The translations under genes were made by a program, and so were the position numbers. DNA of 63,984 nt, filler included, from Alcyonidium flabelliforme (lineage: Eukaryota): NCBI GenBank assembly GCA_026167845.1. It is 10 parts of 10 records of this genome, joined end to end, with 100 filler letters (N's around TTAATTAATTAA, not from the genome) between each part and the next. Parts side by side here need not be neighbours in the genome. Positions count along the whole stretch, not along the records: positions 42,792 to 47,966 come from JAOQFJ010000006.1; positions 48,067 to 52,828 come from JAOQFJ010000007.1; positions 52,929 to 57,620 come from JAOQFJ010000008.1; 7 more parts are not named here. One strand, given 5' to 3'. Position 1 is the first letter of the stretch, and each line of letters opens with the position of its first letter. The notes below the pieces were generated by a model. It was given only the letters and a program-made list of their open reading frames with translations, searched no databases and had not been told where the DNA came from. This document shows positions 44,892 through 56,743 of this stretch, piece after piece.

Positions 44892-46217
44892 ATGCAAGCC
44901 CTGTGGTTCTTACCTTTAATTATTGCGTGTATAGTGCTATTTGTTTTTAATTTAATTAAAACACCAAATAAAATAGCCCTTCATTTCCTTACTATTGTAT
45001 TTTTGATTACATATGGCTTGAGTGGATGGTATGGGTGGTTTAACTATCAAAATGATTTACAAATATATCCAAGATTTGTCCGCAACGATTTTATATTTAT
45101 AGTATCGGCATTATTAATTTTTTTAAGTTACTTTACTTCGCTCTATGGTTATAGATTTGCAAATAGAATAAAAATAAAAAAATCTGATATTGATTTAAGT
45201 CAATTAATAAGTGCATCGAATATATCTTTCTTTTTAATGTTGTTTTTTACATTTGTTTATATACTTCAATATGGTGGTTTAAGTAAATCTCTCAATACTG
45301 CCGCCGCTATTAGATCTGGCTATGGTGAACTTGAGTCTAGTGGAAGCCTTACATTCACAAAATACCTAATGCCGATTGGTGTTTTCCCTTTTTTAACTTA
45401 TGCTTACTTAGCTTTCATTGATAAAAAGAAAAAATATTTTATACCTTTCATTGTTACAACTTTGTTTCTTCTACTTGCTTTTACTTTAATGAGTGGTCGG
45501 ACTCGTATTGTAATGTATGTTTTAGCGTTAGGTATTATTATTATAATGGCAAGTGATAAAAAGGTTTCTTTTAGTAAAGTTATCAAGCTTAGTCCCTTAA
45601 TATTTATAAGTACTTTCTTGATATTGTATGGAAAAAAATTATTTTCTTCAATAGAAGCCATTAAGAATGGAGAAGGGATACTAACGATATTAGGTAACTC
45701 TGAAAATAAAGCTACTTTGTTTGAGAGCTTAATCGGATATTTTAGCCATAGGGTTTATTCTGTTGAAGTAGCTTTAAATGACATAATGAATAATAATGGT
45801 AGCCTGATTTTTTTCAGGGATAGTTTTTATCTACCTTTGTATTTCATACCTGAAAGACTTACCGGCATAGCCAAGCCTGATAGCATTAGTTATCATAATA
45901 CTGAGTTATTGACTGGTGTTTACGATAGTATGGCCCCCCCAGGAATTTTGGCGTATGGCTTATACTCTTTGTGGATTCCAGGTATTTTTATTATTGCATT
46001 TCTTTATGGTGCAGGATTTGGATATATAGATAGATTATTTACTGATAATTATAATAATAAAAAATTACTTATCGTTATAATACCACTACTTCTTGTCTGG
46101 TCTTTATATGGATCTACAGGTGATACTCGAATAGTTATTAATGGTATAATTTACATTATTGTATATATTTTTATATTACTTATATTAAAGATAACTACAC
46201 TTTTTAACCACTCTTAA
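44892..46217 (+). CDS. wzy: Putative polysaccharide polymerase
   Basis: Very hydrophobic 441-aa protein with SGRTR and a large hydrophilic loop; cluster context. Confidence 0.65.
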   Translation: MQALWFLPLIIACIVLFVFNLIKTPNKIALHFLTIVFLITYGLSGWYGWFNYQNDLQIYPRFVRNDFIFIVSALLIFLSYFTSLYGYRFANRIKIKKSDIDLSQLISASNISFFLMLFFTFVYILQYGGLSKSLNTAAAIRSGYGELESSGSLTFTKYLMPIGVFPFLTYAYLAFIDKKKKYFIPFIVTTLFLLLAFTLMSGRTRIVMYVLALGIIIIMASDKKVSFSKVIKLSPLIFISTFLILYGKKLFSSIEAIKNGEGILTILGNSENKATLFESLIGYFSHRVYSVEVALNDIMNNNGSLIFFRDSFYLPLYFIPERLTGIAKPDSISYHNTELLTGVYDSMAPPGILAYGLYSLWIPGIFIIAFLYGAGFGYIDRLFTDNYNNKKLLIVIIPLLLVWSLYGSTGDTRIVINGIIYIIVYIFILLILKITTLFNHS

Positions 46218-46228
46218 GGTGAATTAAT

Positions 46229-46765
46229 ATGTCTAAAATAAAAAGCCTTTTGGAGTTGTTTCATTTTTACTCTAAAGGCTCAATAAGTTATGCTCGAATG
46301 AAAGGTGTCAAGGTTGGAGAAAACTGCCGTTTATATACTAAAAGTTGGGGTTCTGAACCGTTTCTAATAACTATAGGTGATAAAGTTACTATCACATCAG
46401 GTGTTAAAATATTAACACATGATGGTAGTACTTGGCTGGTCCATGACTCAAAAGGCAATAGGTATCAGCACTATGCCCCTGTAACTATTGGGAACAATGT
46501 CTTTATAGGCGTGAATAGCATTATCATGCCTGGAGTAACAATTGGTAATAGAGTGGTAATAGGTGCAGGAAGCACTGTAACAAAAGATATTCCAGATAAT
46601 AGTGTGGCCGTAGGTAGTCCTGCCCGTGTCGTATCAAGTTTTGATCAAATAGAAGAGAAAATTAAAAACAACTATGTTAATAACTCTGATATAAGTCATA
46701 TTGATGATTATAAAGAACGTGTCTACGAGGCCATTAAACTGGAAAAATATACAAATGGAAAGTAA
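46229..46765 (+). CDS. Second hexapeptide-repeat acyltransferase
   Basis: GSEPFLITIGDKV, IGNNVFIG, IGAGSTVTKD, GSPARV. Confidence 0.88.
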   Translation: MSKIKSLLELFHFYSKGSISYARMKGVKVGENCRLYTKSWGSEPFLITIGDKVTITSGVKILTHDGSTWLVHDSKGNRYQHYAPVTIGNNVFIGVNSIIMPGVTIGNRVVIGAGSTVTKDIPDNSVAVGSPARVVSSFDQIEEKIKNNYVNNSDISHIDDYKERVYEAIKLEKYTNGK

Positions 46766-47861
46766 GAAATGCCTTATAGTGTTACCAACAGCTATTCTTG
46801 GCGGTGCTGAAAGAGTGATGTTCAACCTAGTATATTATATGCTTGAGAATAACTATAAAGTTACGATTCTGATCATGTCTAGGGGAAAACAAGATGGCTG
46901 GGAAAGCATAGAATCTCACCCGAATTTATCATTGATAATCAATAATTATAAGTCTGAAAAAATATCTATAATACCAATATTAATGTCATTGATTTCACTA
47001 AGCCGTAAGCATAATTACAATTATACTTTTTCATCTCATACACATATTAACGGACTTCTTAGTCTAACAAGAAAGATGAGATTATTCAAAACAGAGTTTT
47101 TAATAAGTAGAGAGTCAACATTTATTTTCGAGCGCTTTTATGGTATTAAGCGTCAAATATTTAAATTAATATATAAGTTTATGTATGGTAAGCAAGATCT
47201 CATTATTTGCCAAACAATAGATATGAAATCTTCCTTAATTAAAAACTTAGGGTTTAAGCCAGCAAAAATAATTGAAGCAATCCCTAATCCTGTTAATTTA
47301 AAATATATCAAAAATCAGCTAACTACAGAAAAATTTGCTGAACCATTATTTGGAAATATAATTGTTGGTTGTGGCAGACTAATTCCACTAAAGAAATTTG
47401 ATTTGTTAATCGAAGCTTTTGCAACTTTAGTAAGTAGCTTCCCGAAAGCAGGTCTTGTTATTATTGGTGATGGCCCTGAACGAGAAAATCTAGAAAACCT
47501 TGTAAAAGCTTTAGGTATAGAGAATAAAGTAGTCTTTACTGGCAAGATTGGCAACCCTATTAAATGGTTTAATAGAGCAGATATAGGCGTCATTTCTTCT
47601 GAGATAGAAGGGTTTCCTAATGTCCTTATTGAGATGATGGCATCTGGTACTAAACAAGTTATTACTACGCCCTGTACAGATGGTGTCAATCACATACCAT
47701 ACATAACTGTGACAGAGTCATGCTCTCAAGGGGCTATCCAAAAGAGTTTAAGAGATCATTTAGAAAATCCAGTAGATAATGCTATAAACCATAGAAAATA
47801 TATTGAAGACAATCGTTCGGTAAAGGTGTTTTGGAAGAAAGTTCAGGAGCATTTAGTATGA
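46755..47861 (+). CDS. GT4-family glycosyltransferase
   Basis: GGAERV, GRLIPLKKFD, EGFPNVLIEMM. Confidence 0.9.
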   Translation: MESKKCLIVLPTAILGGAERVMFNLVYYMLENNYKVTILIMSRGKQDGWESIESHPNLSLIINNYKSEKISIIPILMSLISLSRKHNYNYTFSSHTHINGLLSLTRKMRLFKTEFLISRESTFIFERFYGIKRQIFKLIYKFMYGKQDLIICQTIDMKSSLIKNLGFKPAKIIEAIPNPVNLKYIKNQLTTEKFAEPLFGNIIVGCGRLIPLKKFDLLIEAFATLVSSFPKAGLVIIGDGPERENLENLVKALGIENKVVFTGKIGNPIKWFNRADIGVISSEIEGFPNVLIEMMASGTKQVITTPCTDGVNHIPYITVTESCSQGAIQKSLRDHLENPVDNAINHRKYIEDNRSVKVFWKKVQEHLV

Positions 47862-47966
47862 AATTTCTAATAATAGCCAGCTATCCAGTCTCTATTTTAA
47901 AATTCCGTGGTGATCTTATAGCTGCTATTCAACAAGCTGATTTCGAGATCCATATCGCAGCCCCTG
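47858..47966 (+). CDS. GT4-family glycosyltransferase, 5' fragment
   Basis: MKFLIIASYPVSILKFRGDLI...IHIAAP. Confidence 0.7.
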
Positions 47967-50900
47967 NNNNNNNNNNNNNNNNNNNNNNNNNNNNNNNNNN
48001 NNNNNNNNNNTTAATTAATTAANNNNNNNNNNNNNNNNNNNNNNNNNNNNNNNNNNNNNNNNNNNNTGCTCTCTTCCGGGCCTTATGTCCAAATCGTGTG
48101 GTGCAGCCGGTCCATGTCACAGGGCTGCCGCTTGCCGGGGGTGTTATTCACTGTGCGACGCAGCCAGTCCTTGCAAGTGAATAGCGTGAATGGTGACTAG
48201 TATGATCATATTACGTGGCAAGCCTTGTTTGCAGCATCTGAAGGTGTAGATACTTTTGCCTCAATTGATGACCCACCTCTGTGTAAAAGTTAACTACCCT
48301 ACTCAGGGCTTACGGATAGGAGATATCTCAACTAGACACCTCTTCCACTTTCGTTGAAAGCCTCAGAAACTCGGCAAACAGCATTGTAGACCTTAGAGTC
48401 ACCATGAAAAGAAGTTCGGAAAGAAACGAAAAAGAAAAGAAAAGAAAAGAAATGTATCTTCGAAGATTGGTCACAACTTCAAAAATTGAGTGTTGACAAC
48501 GTTTGGCCAAGCTTCAACGGGTTGACGGGTCATCCTACCGTGACCTCGCTTTCTGCAGTCTAGGCAGACAGACCCACAGCTCACCACAGACCAACACAAC
48601 ACTAAAGCGAGGCCAGAAACAAAGGTCCATGATTCATAGTGATGGAATTGTAGGAGCTTTTCGGTGATCCAACGTTGAGTCGCCAACATATGAGGTGACT
48701 AGGACAAGAAATATCTGCCTATCATTGCGGATTGAATATCTCCCACAAAGCCTCAATTTAAGAGGGACGTGAAGGATTCAACAGTCAGCCAACATTGCTT
48801 GACCGACTCAGCATCCCTTTCTCTCAGCACCACTCTTACTCGTCTCTCGCTGGGCATCTAAAGGCATCAAGAATGTCGCTGCAAATAGTTGCGGTAAAAG
48901 AAGACGTGGGTTTCAACAGGCCTCAATTAAGAAATGTGTCCTTCAACACTTCCAACCAGGTCGGTGAGTGACAGAAGCCGAAAAGCCTATAAATACGTCC
49001 TCTACCCCTGCAATTGCTCTACTATTTATTCACTTGATTCTGCAAAGTCGAGCAGGCTTGTTGTGTCTGACGCACTCGATAAGTTCCCCCCTTTGATCGA
49101 GTACTGGAATTTATACCGTACTGACATTTATAGTATACATCGTGGACCAGCAAACCAGACAGTTCCTGTACTGTAAGAGACGTGGTTCCAAGCAGATTCA
49201 CTGCCCCATTTACGCCAGCCGATCGGAGATACGAGATTTGGATTAGCTGGTCAAGGTGTCTATGCGAAGAGGTCTCTGCTATAGCGAGCTGGTCTACTGT
49301 CGCGGCTCTGGTTGACCACAGATTTGAAGTGCAACTGCTCACACTGTAGGTATATGGGCCCACAAATCCTTGAAACTGCACTGACCCGAAAGACGCGGGA
49401 CAGCCAGATCCGTTCGAACACAATGCACCAGAGCAAGGGCCACAGCTTCTTGTGGTCTCTTCATCCCTGGTCTTGACCATCAGAAAATGTGAGTTATGGA
49501 ATTCCACGCTGGTCTACTGGCTAATAATTGACAGTGAACCTTTGGGAGCTCACCAGAGTGGCCCTGATAACCCTGCACTACCGTCAGTGCTCCACGCAAA
49601 GCCATGGCTTACACACTATTCCTAGCCCCGTCGCTTCGAACAATGCAGCATGTCCTAGGTGGAAGATCGCAAACCAAGATAGCGAGTCAACAACAGGGTG
49701 CGGCCATCCACGTGCGAACTTCGTTGCATAGAACCTTGAGACTCCCATTTCCATGCTAAGGTGAGTGAGATCTAACGCCTACAGCTGCGCTGTGTTTGAT
49801 TATCCGCGCCAAGCCTTATTCCCCTAACCACGAACACCACTGACATCTTCACGCTATTGTAGGGGCATCCCATCATCGACGGTGAAATATACTGTGGCGA
49901 GTGGCCTATTCCGCCAGATCGAGGATAAGACCAAGGTGGCGGCCGACGAGCGTGCTCCATCGCGTCTTCCGCCCTCGTCCCCACCGCCTTCGCACTATTG
50001 TGGAGTCCTGAACCTCTGGCATCGCGACACATTCATCCACCATGGAAGTGCAATGTTTATCGCGGGTGGGTTCGTAACGCGTTTACTGTCTCAACAAATT
50101 GTCTTGTGCACCCCAGCGCGGCTTTTTTGAAGCGAGTGCAGATTGCGATGAGCTTGAATGCGACGTGGCATGGCTGGTGACTGCATTGCAGAGAGTTGTA
50201 AGTGATCTAGTTGTGAAGCCGATATAATCATTGCGCAAACTGATTGTCCCGTCTCAAGCGCACTTTGGGATTTCCATGAACAGGTACGCTACGACAACTC
50301 GTCCAACTAGATCAGTCCTTGCTGACTCGGATCGTACAACAGGAGAACACCCTCATTTCTGTCACTCGAGTCGAATGCCACGCGAACAAATATCTTGTCT
50401 GCTCGAGCTCCCCTATACAATTACGATTGCATGCTCTCTGTCCCTTCCACATGAATACTATCGACGATGAGTCACCAGAAGGTTCGTATCGCGTACCTCG
50501 GCCTCTTTCTCCCTATTGATTCTGCATATCGGGTCATTGTTCGATTTGTCTACATGATACAACTCCTGAACTCCGATCAGCCTATACCACTACCCGAATC
50601 ATACCTGTGGCTAAGCATGCAACCTTTCAAATACCTTCAAGTGGCGTAGGCTGCTGGTATCGAATGCGTGATCCTCGTTGTCTTCGGATGACATTTGGTG
50701 TCTTTCCAGGCCTGGGAATCCAAAAGGCACAGGGATGCTGATGTTTTGTCTTGCTTCCTGGCAGATGAGCGTACCTCTGCAGACAATCAGGCTGTTAGCA
50801 CAAGTCCACCTGCAAGGGGAAGGAGACGCAAAGTCTTCTCATTCTTAGCCTACAATTTGACATTGGTCATCTCAGGTACAAACCGAGAGGGTAAGATCGG

Positions 50901-52727
50901 GGCACAGGCAAGCCAATGAGAGCTCACTACCCAAGAATCACCTCGGGCATACAGGAAGCTGCATCATGAGGGCTGTCAAAAGTGTTGTGGTGTACCCGGT
51001 TGGTTCTTATGCACGCATTTCCTATCCAAGCCGAAGCACTATCTGCAAAGACCATTTACCCTGGGTGTCACTGCAGCTGCAGGTTAGTCAAGTCGACCGC
51101 GCGTATCCTTTATCCGTTCATATCGTCTCCTAACATATCACGCACTTGTCAGGAAATCCGGATTCCCTACATCCCTATTTCGACGGTTTTTTTGAGAATA
51201 AATCATATATTCGTCGAGCCCACCGCGCTGCGGAGGACACGTGGGCATGTTACTGTTCGGCCAGGCAGCCACTGTAAAGACTTTGGTGTCCGAAACAATA
51301 TCGAATCAGAATGTTTATGGGACCTCTTGGACTAGCCCCTAGATCCTGGAGCAAACTTTCCACCGTCAATCAACGCTCATGTGATGGTTGCTTTTGGAAG
51401 CATGGCCGGATTGTCTACTACGACTACGAGCGAACTAGCACTCCTGGGGGGATATCACCCAACGGAAATTCGTTTCAGACGGCACTGCTAGAACCCAATC
51501 GGGTTTCAATCGGGTTTCAACCGTGTTCTCTTATCAGCAGAACATGGTTGATTGCATTAACTTGGGACACCACTTCCCAAAAGGCAATTGCCGTCACTTC
51601 GATCCGGGATTGGTTGAAATATGATCCGTCGTTGCCGAGGCATAGTAGGAGCCAACCGGGTATTCTTGATTGCTTGCTTGTCCAAATCTCTCAGCAACAT
51701 GGTTGTCTCTGCGGTAAAATTACTTTGATTCTTGCGCTCTCTGGGATATAAGAGCTGAAATAGGGTAAGGTCGAGTGACTCAATCGCCGCCTCAAGTGAT
51801 GGCTTTGACTTCGCAAGGCACAAAGCCTACCGCATGGCTAATTTTACTCAAGTCAATCGTTTGGCACCTCATCACATGCTTCTACACGTGGGTCTTGGGC
51901 GTATTGCTTGGTCATAGTCGAACCAGTGGATCTACTATCCCTATCGGATTGAGGCTGTATGCCAACTTCACCGAGTGATCAGAATGGGACTAGAATTTTC
52001 GCTTACGAAATAGAATCTATAGTGATTGATACATTTATCCATGTGGGTGAGATGGCATGAAAATCTCCGTACTACGTCCGTGAGACATTGATAGACCTCG
52101 CCGCGGGCCATGAGGCCCATGGATTCGCACTGAACTACTTCCCCCTGCCTATGGGCGGGCGGGCGGTTGACCGTAGCCCCGTGTCATTTAATGGGCCCAT
52201 GTGTCGTTTACTAATAAGCACTTCAGTCACATGAAATTTTATAATTTTATAATGTTTAGCCACGCACGTATATGTCCTATAGTGCTACGTATTCAGGTTA
52301 TTTGAGTAGAAAGGTATACAATGGATGTGTTCAGCTATAACCAAACCTAGTAAAAGCAATGGACTATCGAGTCTAAGTGAAATTGAAAGTGTGATCCGAA
52401 ATGCATAGAAATTGTGATGCGTCTGCATTGCGCGTAAATATATATATGACTACAAAACATGCTGAACCTACAAAACCACTCACAATATAATGCCTACCAG
52501 CGCATCAGTAAATTTATTATAAACACGACATACTAGTTATACTGCATACTAGGATTCGCCTTTATTATGATCAATTATCTGCTATACTAGTGGTTATTGG
52601 GGGTAGGTGACAAGTGATAGATTTCCAAAAGTTGAACCCCCTATTCAGGAAACTTACATAATCTGAGGGTGGCATGGACCGATGGCAAGGTCTAGACGTT
52701 GACCACCTTTTTCACCGCCCGACCATT

Positions 52728-52828
52728 CACCACCACGCTCACCACCACGCTCACCACCACGCTCATCAACACTCACCATCAACACTCACCATCAACACTC
52801 ACCATCAACACTCACCATCAACACTCAC
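52728..52828. repeat. Compound simple repeat, about (CACCACGCT)3 + (CACCATCAACACT)5-6
   Basis: Visible directly; runs into the contig end. Confidence 0.9.
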
Positions 52829-53146
52829 NNNNNNNNNNNNNNNNNNNNNNNNNNNNNNNNNNNNNNNNNNNNTTAATTAATTAANNNNNNNNNNNNNNNN
52901 NNNNNNNNNNNNNNNNNNNNNNNNNNNNAGAGCAGTTCACAGCAGAACGCGAGAAACTTTATACTGAGAATAAAGAGTTAGCAGTTAATGCTAGTCAGCT
53001 AAAGAATAATGCAGATCGACTAACAGCAGAAAATAAGAAGCTATCAGAGAGTATTACTACATTACAGACTGATAATAAGAGCTTGAACGACAAACTTACT
53101 GAGAAAACTTTAAAAGCTGATAAAGCTTTGAAATCTTAAAGCTCGA

Positions 53147-53341
53147 TTTTTGAGTATGAGCATCTCTTCGCTCATGCTCAAAAATGAGCAAACAAGCGAA
53201 GCGCGTTAGCATAAATCCCCTTTTTTATGGACAACAAAAAGCCTTCAACACTTTAGTGAAGAAGGCTTTTGACTTATGCGCATTAAGCGCGTAAGATTTA
53301 TTTAATACGTTTGCTAGTAAGTGCTACCAACACTTTCTAGC
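53147..53341. promoter_or_regulatory. Hairpin-rich region upstream of rep (origin/copy-control candidate)
   Basis: Inverted repeats TTTTTGAGTATGAGC/GCTCATGCTCAAAAA, AAAAGCCTTC/GAAGGCTTTT, CTTATGCGC/GCGCGTAAG and GCTAGTAAGTG/CACTTTCTAGC. Confidence 0.55.
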
Positions 53342-53366
53342 AGATACAACACTAATTACAGTAGCG

Positions 53367-54830
53367 TTGATGTCCAATATGATACCACAAATCTCTCCGT
53401 TTTCAATAGAGCTTAATACCTCAAGTTCAATACCAGCATCTATTACACAAAATTTCACATCTCAAAATTTCGCTAATTTTGGGCAAAATAGCTGTGGGCA
53501 GATTTCCGCGCTTGGAACTATTACTAAATTCAATTCCAATTTTTCTACTAAAAAGAAAAAAATCATTGCAAAGCGACAGTCTGTAAGAGCTGAGAACTTC
53601 AAACTTACTAATTCCGCTAAAAATTTACTAGCAAATACAGCTCAAAAAAGAGTCTGTGTTTGTATGTCTCATCGTCTAAATCAAGATGAAAATATATCGA
53701 TCAAGCATAACGGGCAAAATGGTGCTGATGGTCGTGCTTACTACAGCAATATCATTCAATGTTCATCTGTTCATACGTGCATTGTTTGCAATAATCGCAT
53801 CATGTCTAAGCGCAGCAAAGAAATAGCGCAAGCATACGACTACTTCACAAGCTTGCTGCACGGTTTTGTACCGATGTTAACCCTAACGATACCGCACAAA
53901 CATGGCGGTAGCTTAGAGCGACAATTAGAGCTAATAAATCAGGCATATAAGCGGCTGATGGACGATAGAATAATGCGTCAAGTTTGGGAGCTTGTCGGTA
54001 AAGTTGGCGCGATAAAAGGCGTAGAATACACACACGGCAAAAACGGGCATCATAATCATATTCATAGTTTGATGTTTCTTGAAAAATCACATCATGATCT
54101 AGTGTTACCTGTCGCACGATGGACGACGCCTAAACGTAAAGGAATGCTTAGGCTACTTAATGCTAAACAAGAAAAAAGCTATATAGATAAAGGCTTGCAG
54201 AAACAAATTAACTATATGAGTTTTGATGATTTTATTAAATTTTACTGGGTTAAGTTGTGTCGCGATGTCGGCTTGGGTATGCCATCACTTGAGAATGGTG
54301 CTGTGATTACAGAAGGCGATAACGTCAAATCATATATTGCTAAACACAAATCAGCGCAAGAGATTACAAACAGTCGAGACAAAAAATCTAAGCATGGAAA
54401 TAGGAACCAGTGGGAGTTATTACTTGATTATCAAAATGGTGATAAATATGCTGGAGAAATTTTTAAAGAATACGCTCAAGCCTTTACTGGTGGTAAGCTG
54501 CTCAGGTGGTCGAACGGTTTAAAAGCCTTATTGCTTATTGATGAAGTTGATGATGAAGCGATCACAGCGATTGATGATGAAGCAGAACACGGAACAAAGC
54601 ATGAAATAAAACCGATTTTGTGGCAATTAATCAAACGTTATAACTATCAAGCGCGTTTATTGTCTGCTGTTGAAAATGACCATCAAAACGGTACTGATGA
54701 ATATCACGATAAATTGAAAGAAATGATTGTTTATCACAAAGAGCGAGAGCGTAAAAAAGCGATCGCAGAACAAAAAAGAATAGCTGATTTACGACCTCCG
54801 CAGTGGTTTAACGATCATCATTGTGCATAA
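53367..54830 (+). CDS. rep: Rolling-circle HUH replication initiator (Rep_1 / pIJ101-like); start uncertain
   Basis: Cys cluster CSSVHTCIVC, motif I MLTLT, motif II HNHIHSL, motif III YIAK. Confidence 0.82.
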   Translation: MMSNMIPQISPFSIELNTSSSIPASITQNFTSQNFANFGQNSCGQISALGTITKFNSNFSTKKKKIIAKRQSVRAENFKLTNSAKNLLANTAQKRVCVCMSHRLNQDENISIKHNGQNGADGRAYYSNIIQCSSVHTCIVCNNRIMSKRSKEIAQAYDYFTSLLHGFVPMLTLTIPHKHGGSLERQLELINQAYKRLMDDRIMRQVWELVGKVGAIKGVEYTHGKNGHHNHIHSLMFLEKSHHDLVLPVARWTTPKRKGMLRLLNAKQEKSYIDKGLQKQINYMSFDDFIKFYWVKLCRDVGLGMPSLENGAVITEGDNVKSYIAKHKSAQEITNSRDKKSKHGNRNQWELLLDYQNGDKYAGEIFKEYAQAFTGGKLLRWSNGLKALLLIDEVDDEAITAIDDEAEHGTKHEIKPILWQLIKRYNYQARLLSAVENDHQNGTDEYHDKLKEMIVYHKERERKKAIAEQKRIADLRPPQWFNDHHCA

Positions 54831-55110
54831 AATTATTTGTATTATTGTCAAAAACATCATCTTTTTGACTGTCTATAATCCTGCTTAATTCATCTATAAT
54901 CCTGCTTAATTTTTTAATATCACTATCTCGCGTTACATTGTTTTTAATGTCACTAACGAGCATCTGAGCGCGTTCTGTATCTTTCTTAGCTAGTGCTAAT
55001 ACCATACCGCCAATAATTATTTTTTGTGAAGTCTCCAATTTTCTAACTTGCATTTTTAGTCGTGCAAGCTCAGCTTCTTTTTGTGCAATTTTTTGTTCGA
55101 TAGTAGCCAT
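54808..55110 (-). CDS. Small relaxosome accessory protein (MobS/TraD-like)
   Basis: Coiled-coil N-terminus and KIIIGGMVL; divergent from the relaxase across oriT. Confidence 0.7.
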   Translation of the reverse strand: MATIEQKIAQKEAELARLKMQVRKLETSQKIIIGGMVLALAKKDTERAQMLVSDIKNNVTRDSDIKKLSRIIDELSRIIDSQKDDVFDNNTNNFMHNDDR

Positions 55111-55213
55111 AAAAAATCCTTTAAGTACATGATTTAACTCTTCTTTTGTGCATACTATCACGAATTAATATATGATCAGAATCAGTTTTTCATTTCGCTG
55201 TCTTTTTAGTGAA

Positions 55214-55271
55214 ATGCGCACTTACGACTCAAGAAAACAATTCCGCTTCGCTACATTGTTTTTTTGAATCG
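55214..55271 (-). promoter_or_regulatory. MOBQ-type oriT
   Basis: Minus-strand TAAGTGCGC (55224-55216), the RSF1010/R1162-type nic core, next to the imperfect inverted repeat 55225-55271. Confidence 0.75.
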
Positions 55272-55308
55272 AAGCACGTTCTGCGAAGCAAAAAGGGGGA
55301 ATTTTGTA

Positions 55309-56631
55309 ATGGCTATATTTCACGCGACAACGAAACCAATTAGTAGAAGTTCAGGACGTAGCGCAACAGCGTCAGCAGCGTATCGCGCAGGGTGCAAAAT
55401 AGACGATGAGCGCACTGGTTTGAAACATGACTATTCAAAAAAATCGGGCGTCTTGATTGCTGTTGCTTTCGATAAAAATAATATGCAGTTAGATCGATCT
55501 GAACTTTGGAATTTAGCAGAGAAAGCAGAAAATCGAAAAGATGGCCGCACAGCTAGAGAGTGGATTTTAGCGCTACCGCATGAACTTGTACCTAATGATG
55601 ACAACTCTCTAAATGATATTAATGAAAATCGCGCAGCATGGGTTGCTTTTAAATTTGCTCAAGAGTTAGCGAAACGCTACAACGTCGCTGTCGATGTTGC
55701 TATTCATGCGCCTGACAAAGCAGGTGATAACAGAAATTATCATGCGCATATCATGACGACGACAAGAGAGCTAAAAAATGATAATGGAACAATATCGCTC
55801 GGTGACAAGTCAGCTATTGAGCTATCAAACACTAAACGCAAAGAGAAAAATTTGGGCAGTACAATCAGCGAAATTAATGAGCTGAGAGAGCGGTGGGCAG
55901 ATATTGTTAATAATGCTTTAGAGTCACGCGGATATCATGAGCGTATAGATCATCGTAGTCATAAAGAACGAGGTATTGAACTCGAACCGACCAAAAAAGT
56001 TGGCTGGAGGGCTACAGCGATGCAGCGCAGAGGTATAGAAACAGAGCGTTTCACTTTCAATAAGAAAATTGTTGACGACAATAAAAAAATATCAGAATTG
56101 CAAAGTGCGATAGCTGCTGAAAAATCGTATCAAAGATGGTTACAAAGAGATGAAGCTGCTAAGAAAGTGCGTTTAGTCAAAGAGCTTTCTAAACGTACAC
56201 CTTTTGATCTTTTGAAAATTAATATCAAGTCAAAAATTACTACAGTGCCGCTTGGTGCGAATAAAAGATCTGATCTTGAGGGAGATATGCAGATAGGTCA
56301 AGGTCTCTGGGATGCAATACAGCTGGCGAAAAAAGGTTACAAGCTAACTTTAACAGCTACTAACAATGAGCATTTGAAACATAGTGAAACAGCTCAGAGC
56401 ATTAAAAAATTCATGTTAGAAAATATAAAATCAGCGCAAATCATAAAGGATTACGGAGCATTGAGAATTGATAAATTTACTAAGAAATACGCGCTAAATT
56501 GCGATTTAAGCAGCTTAATAGCATTACATGAGCAAAACCCTGTTGCCGAGCTTAAAACAGTAGAGCCGCAGCAATATGCGCCTTCTGAGCAACTCAAAAC
56601 ACGTACACATGATAACGATCTTACTATGTGA
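55309..56631 (+). CDS. mobA: MobA/MobL (MOBQ) relaxase
   Basis: MAIFH...ISRSSGRSATASAAYR, ALPHEL, DVAIH...NYHAHIMTTTR, RIDHRS. Confidence 0.93.
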   Translation: MAIFHATTKPISRSSGRSATASAAYRAGCKIDDERTGLKHDYSKKSGVLIAVAFDKNNMQLDRSELWNLAEKAENRKDGRTAREWILALPHELVPNDDNSLNDINENRAAWVAFKFAQELAKRYNVAVDVAIHAPDKAGDNRNYHAHIMTTTRELKNDNGTISLGDKSAIELSNTKRKEKNLGSTISEINELRERWADIVNNALESRGYHERIDHRSHKERGIELEPTKKVGWRATAMQRRGIETERFTFNKKIVDDNKKISELQSAIAAEKSYQRWLQRDEAAKKVRLVKELSKRTPFDLLKINIKSKITTVPLGANKRSDLEGDMQIGQGLWDAIQLAKKGYKLTLTATNNEHLKHSETAQSIKKFMLENIKSAQIIKDYGALRIDKFTKKYALNCDLSSLIALHEQNPVAELKTVEPQQYAPSEQLKTRTHDNDLTM

Positions 56632-56650
56632 AATTAATTAATTATTATCA

Positions 56651-56710
56651 TGTATTAGATTGTATTATGTTGTATTATGTATTACAATACAAACTACAAC
56701 ATAATACAAT
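56651..56710. promoter_or_regulatory. Repeat-built operator upstream of kfrA
   Basis: Perfect 16-bp inverted repeat ATTGTATTATGTTGTA (56659-74) / TACAACATAATACAAT (56695-710), built from TGTATTA units. Confidence 0.65.
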
Positions 56711-56743
56711 ATCGTGTTAGTTGAATGAAATGAGGAATATAAA

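Noticed and set aside
48067..52700. Numerous short overlapping ORFs in contig 7
   Set aside because: No recognisable motifs or consistent strand; looks like eukaryotic intergenic or degenerate DNA. MSHQKVRIAYLG (50467) faintly recalls prephenate dehydratase, but the similarity does not extend.
52728..52828. Telomere or poly-His coding repeat
   Set aside because: The unit is not a TTAGGG-type telomere repeat, and the 13-nt period breaks the reading frame; treated as a simple repeat.
52929..53005. 77-bp direct terminal repeat as a biological LTR/att
   Set aside because: An exact end overlap inside a CDS, consistent with an assembler k-mer overlap on a circular molecule.
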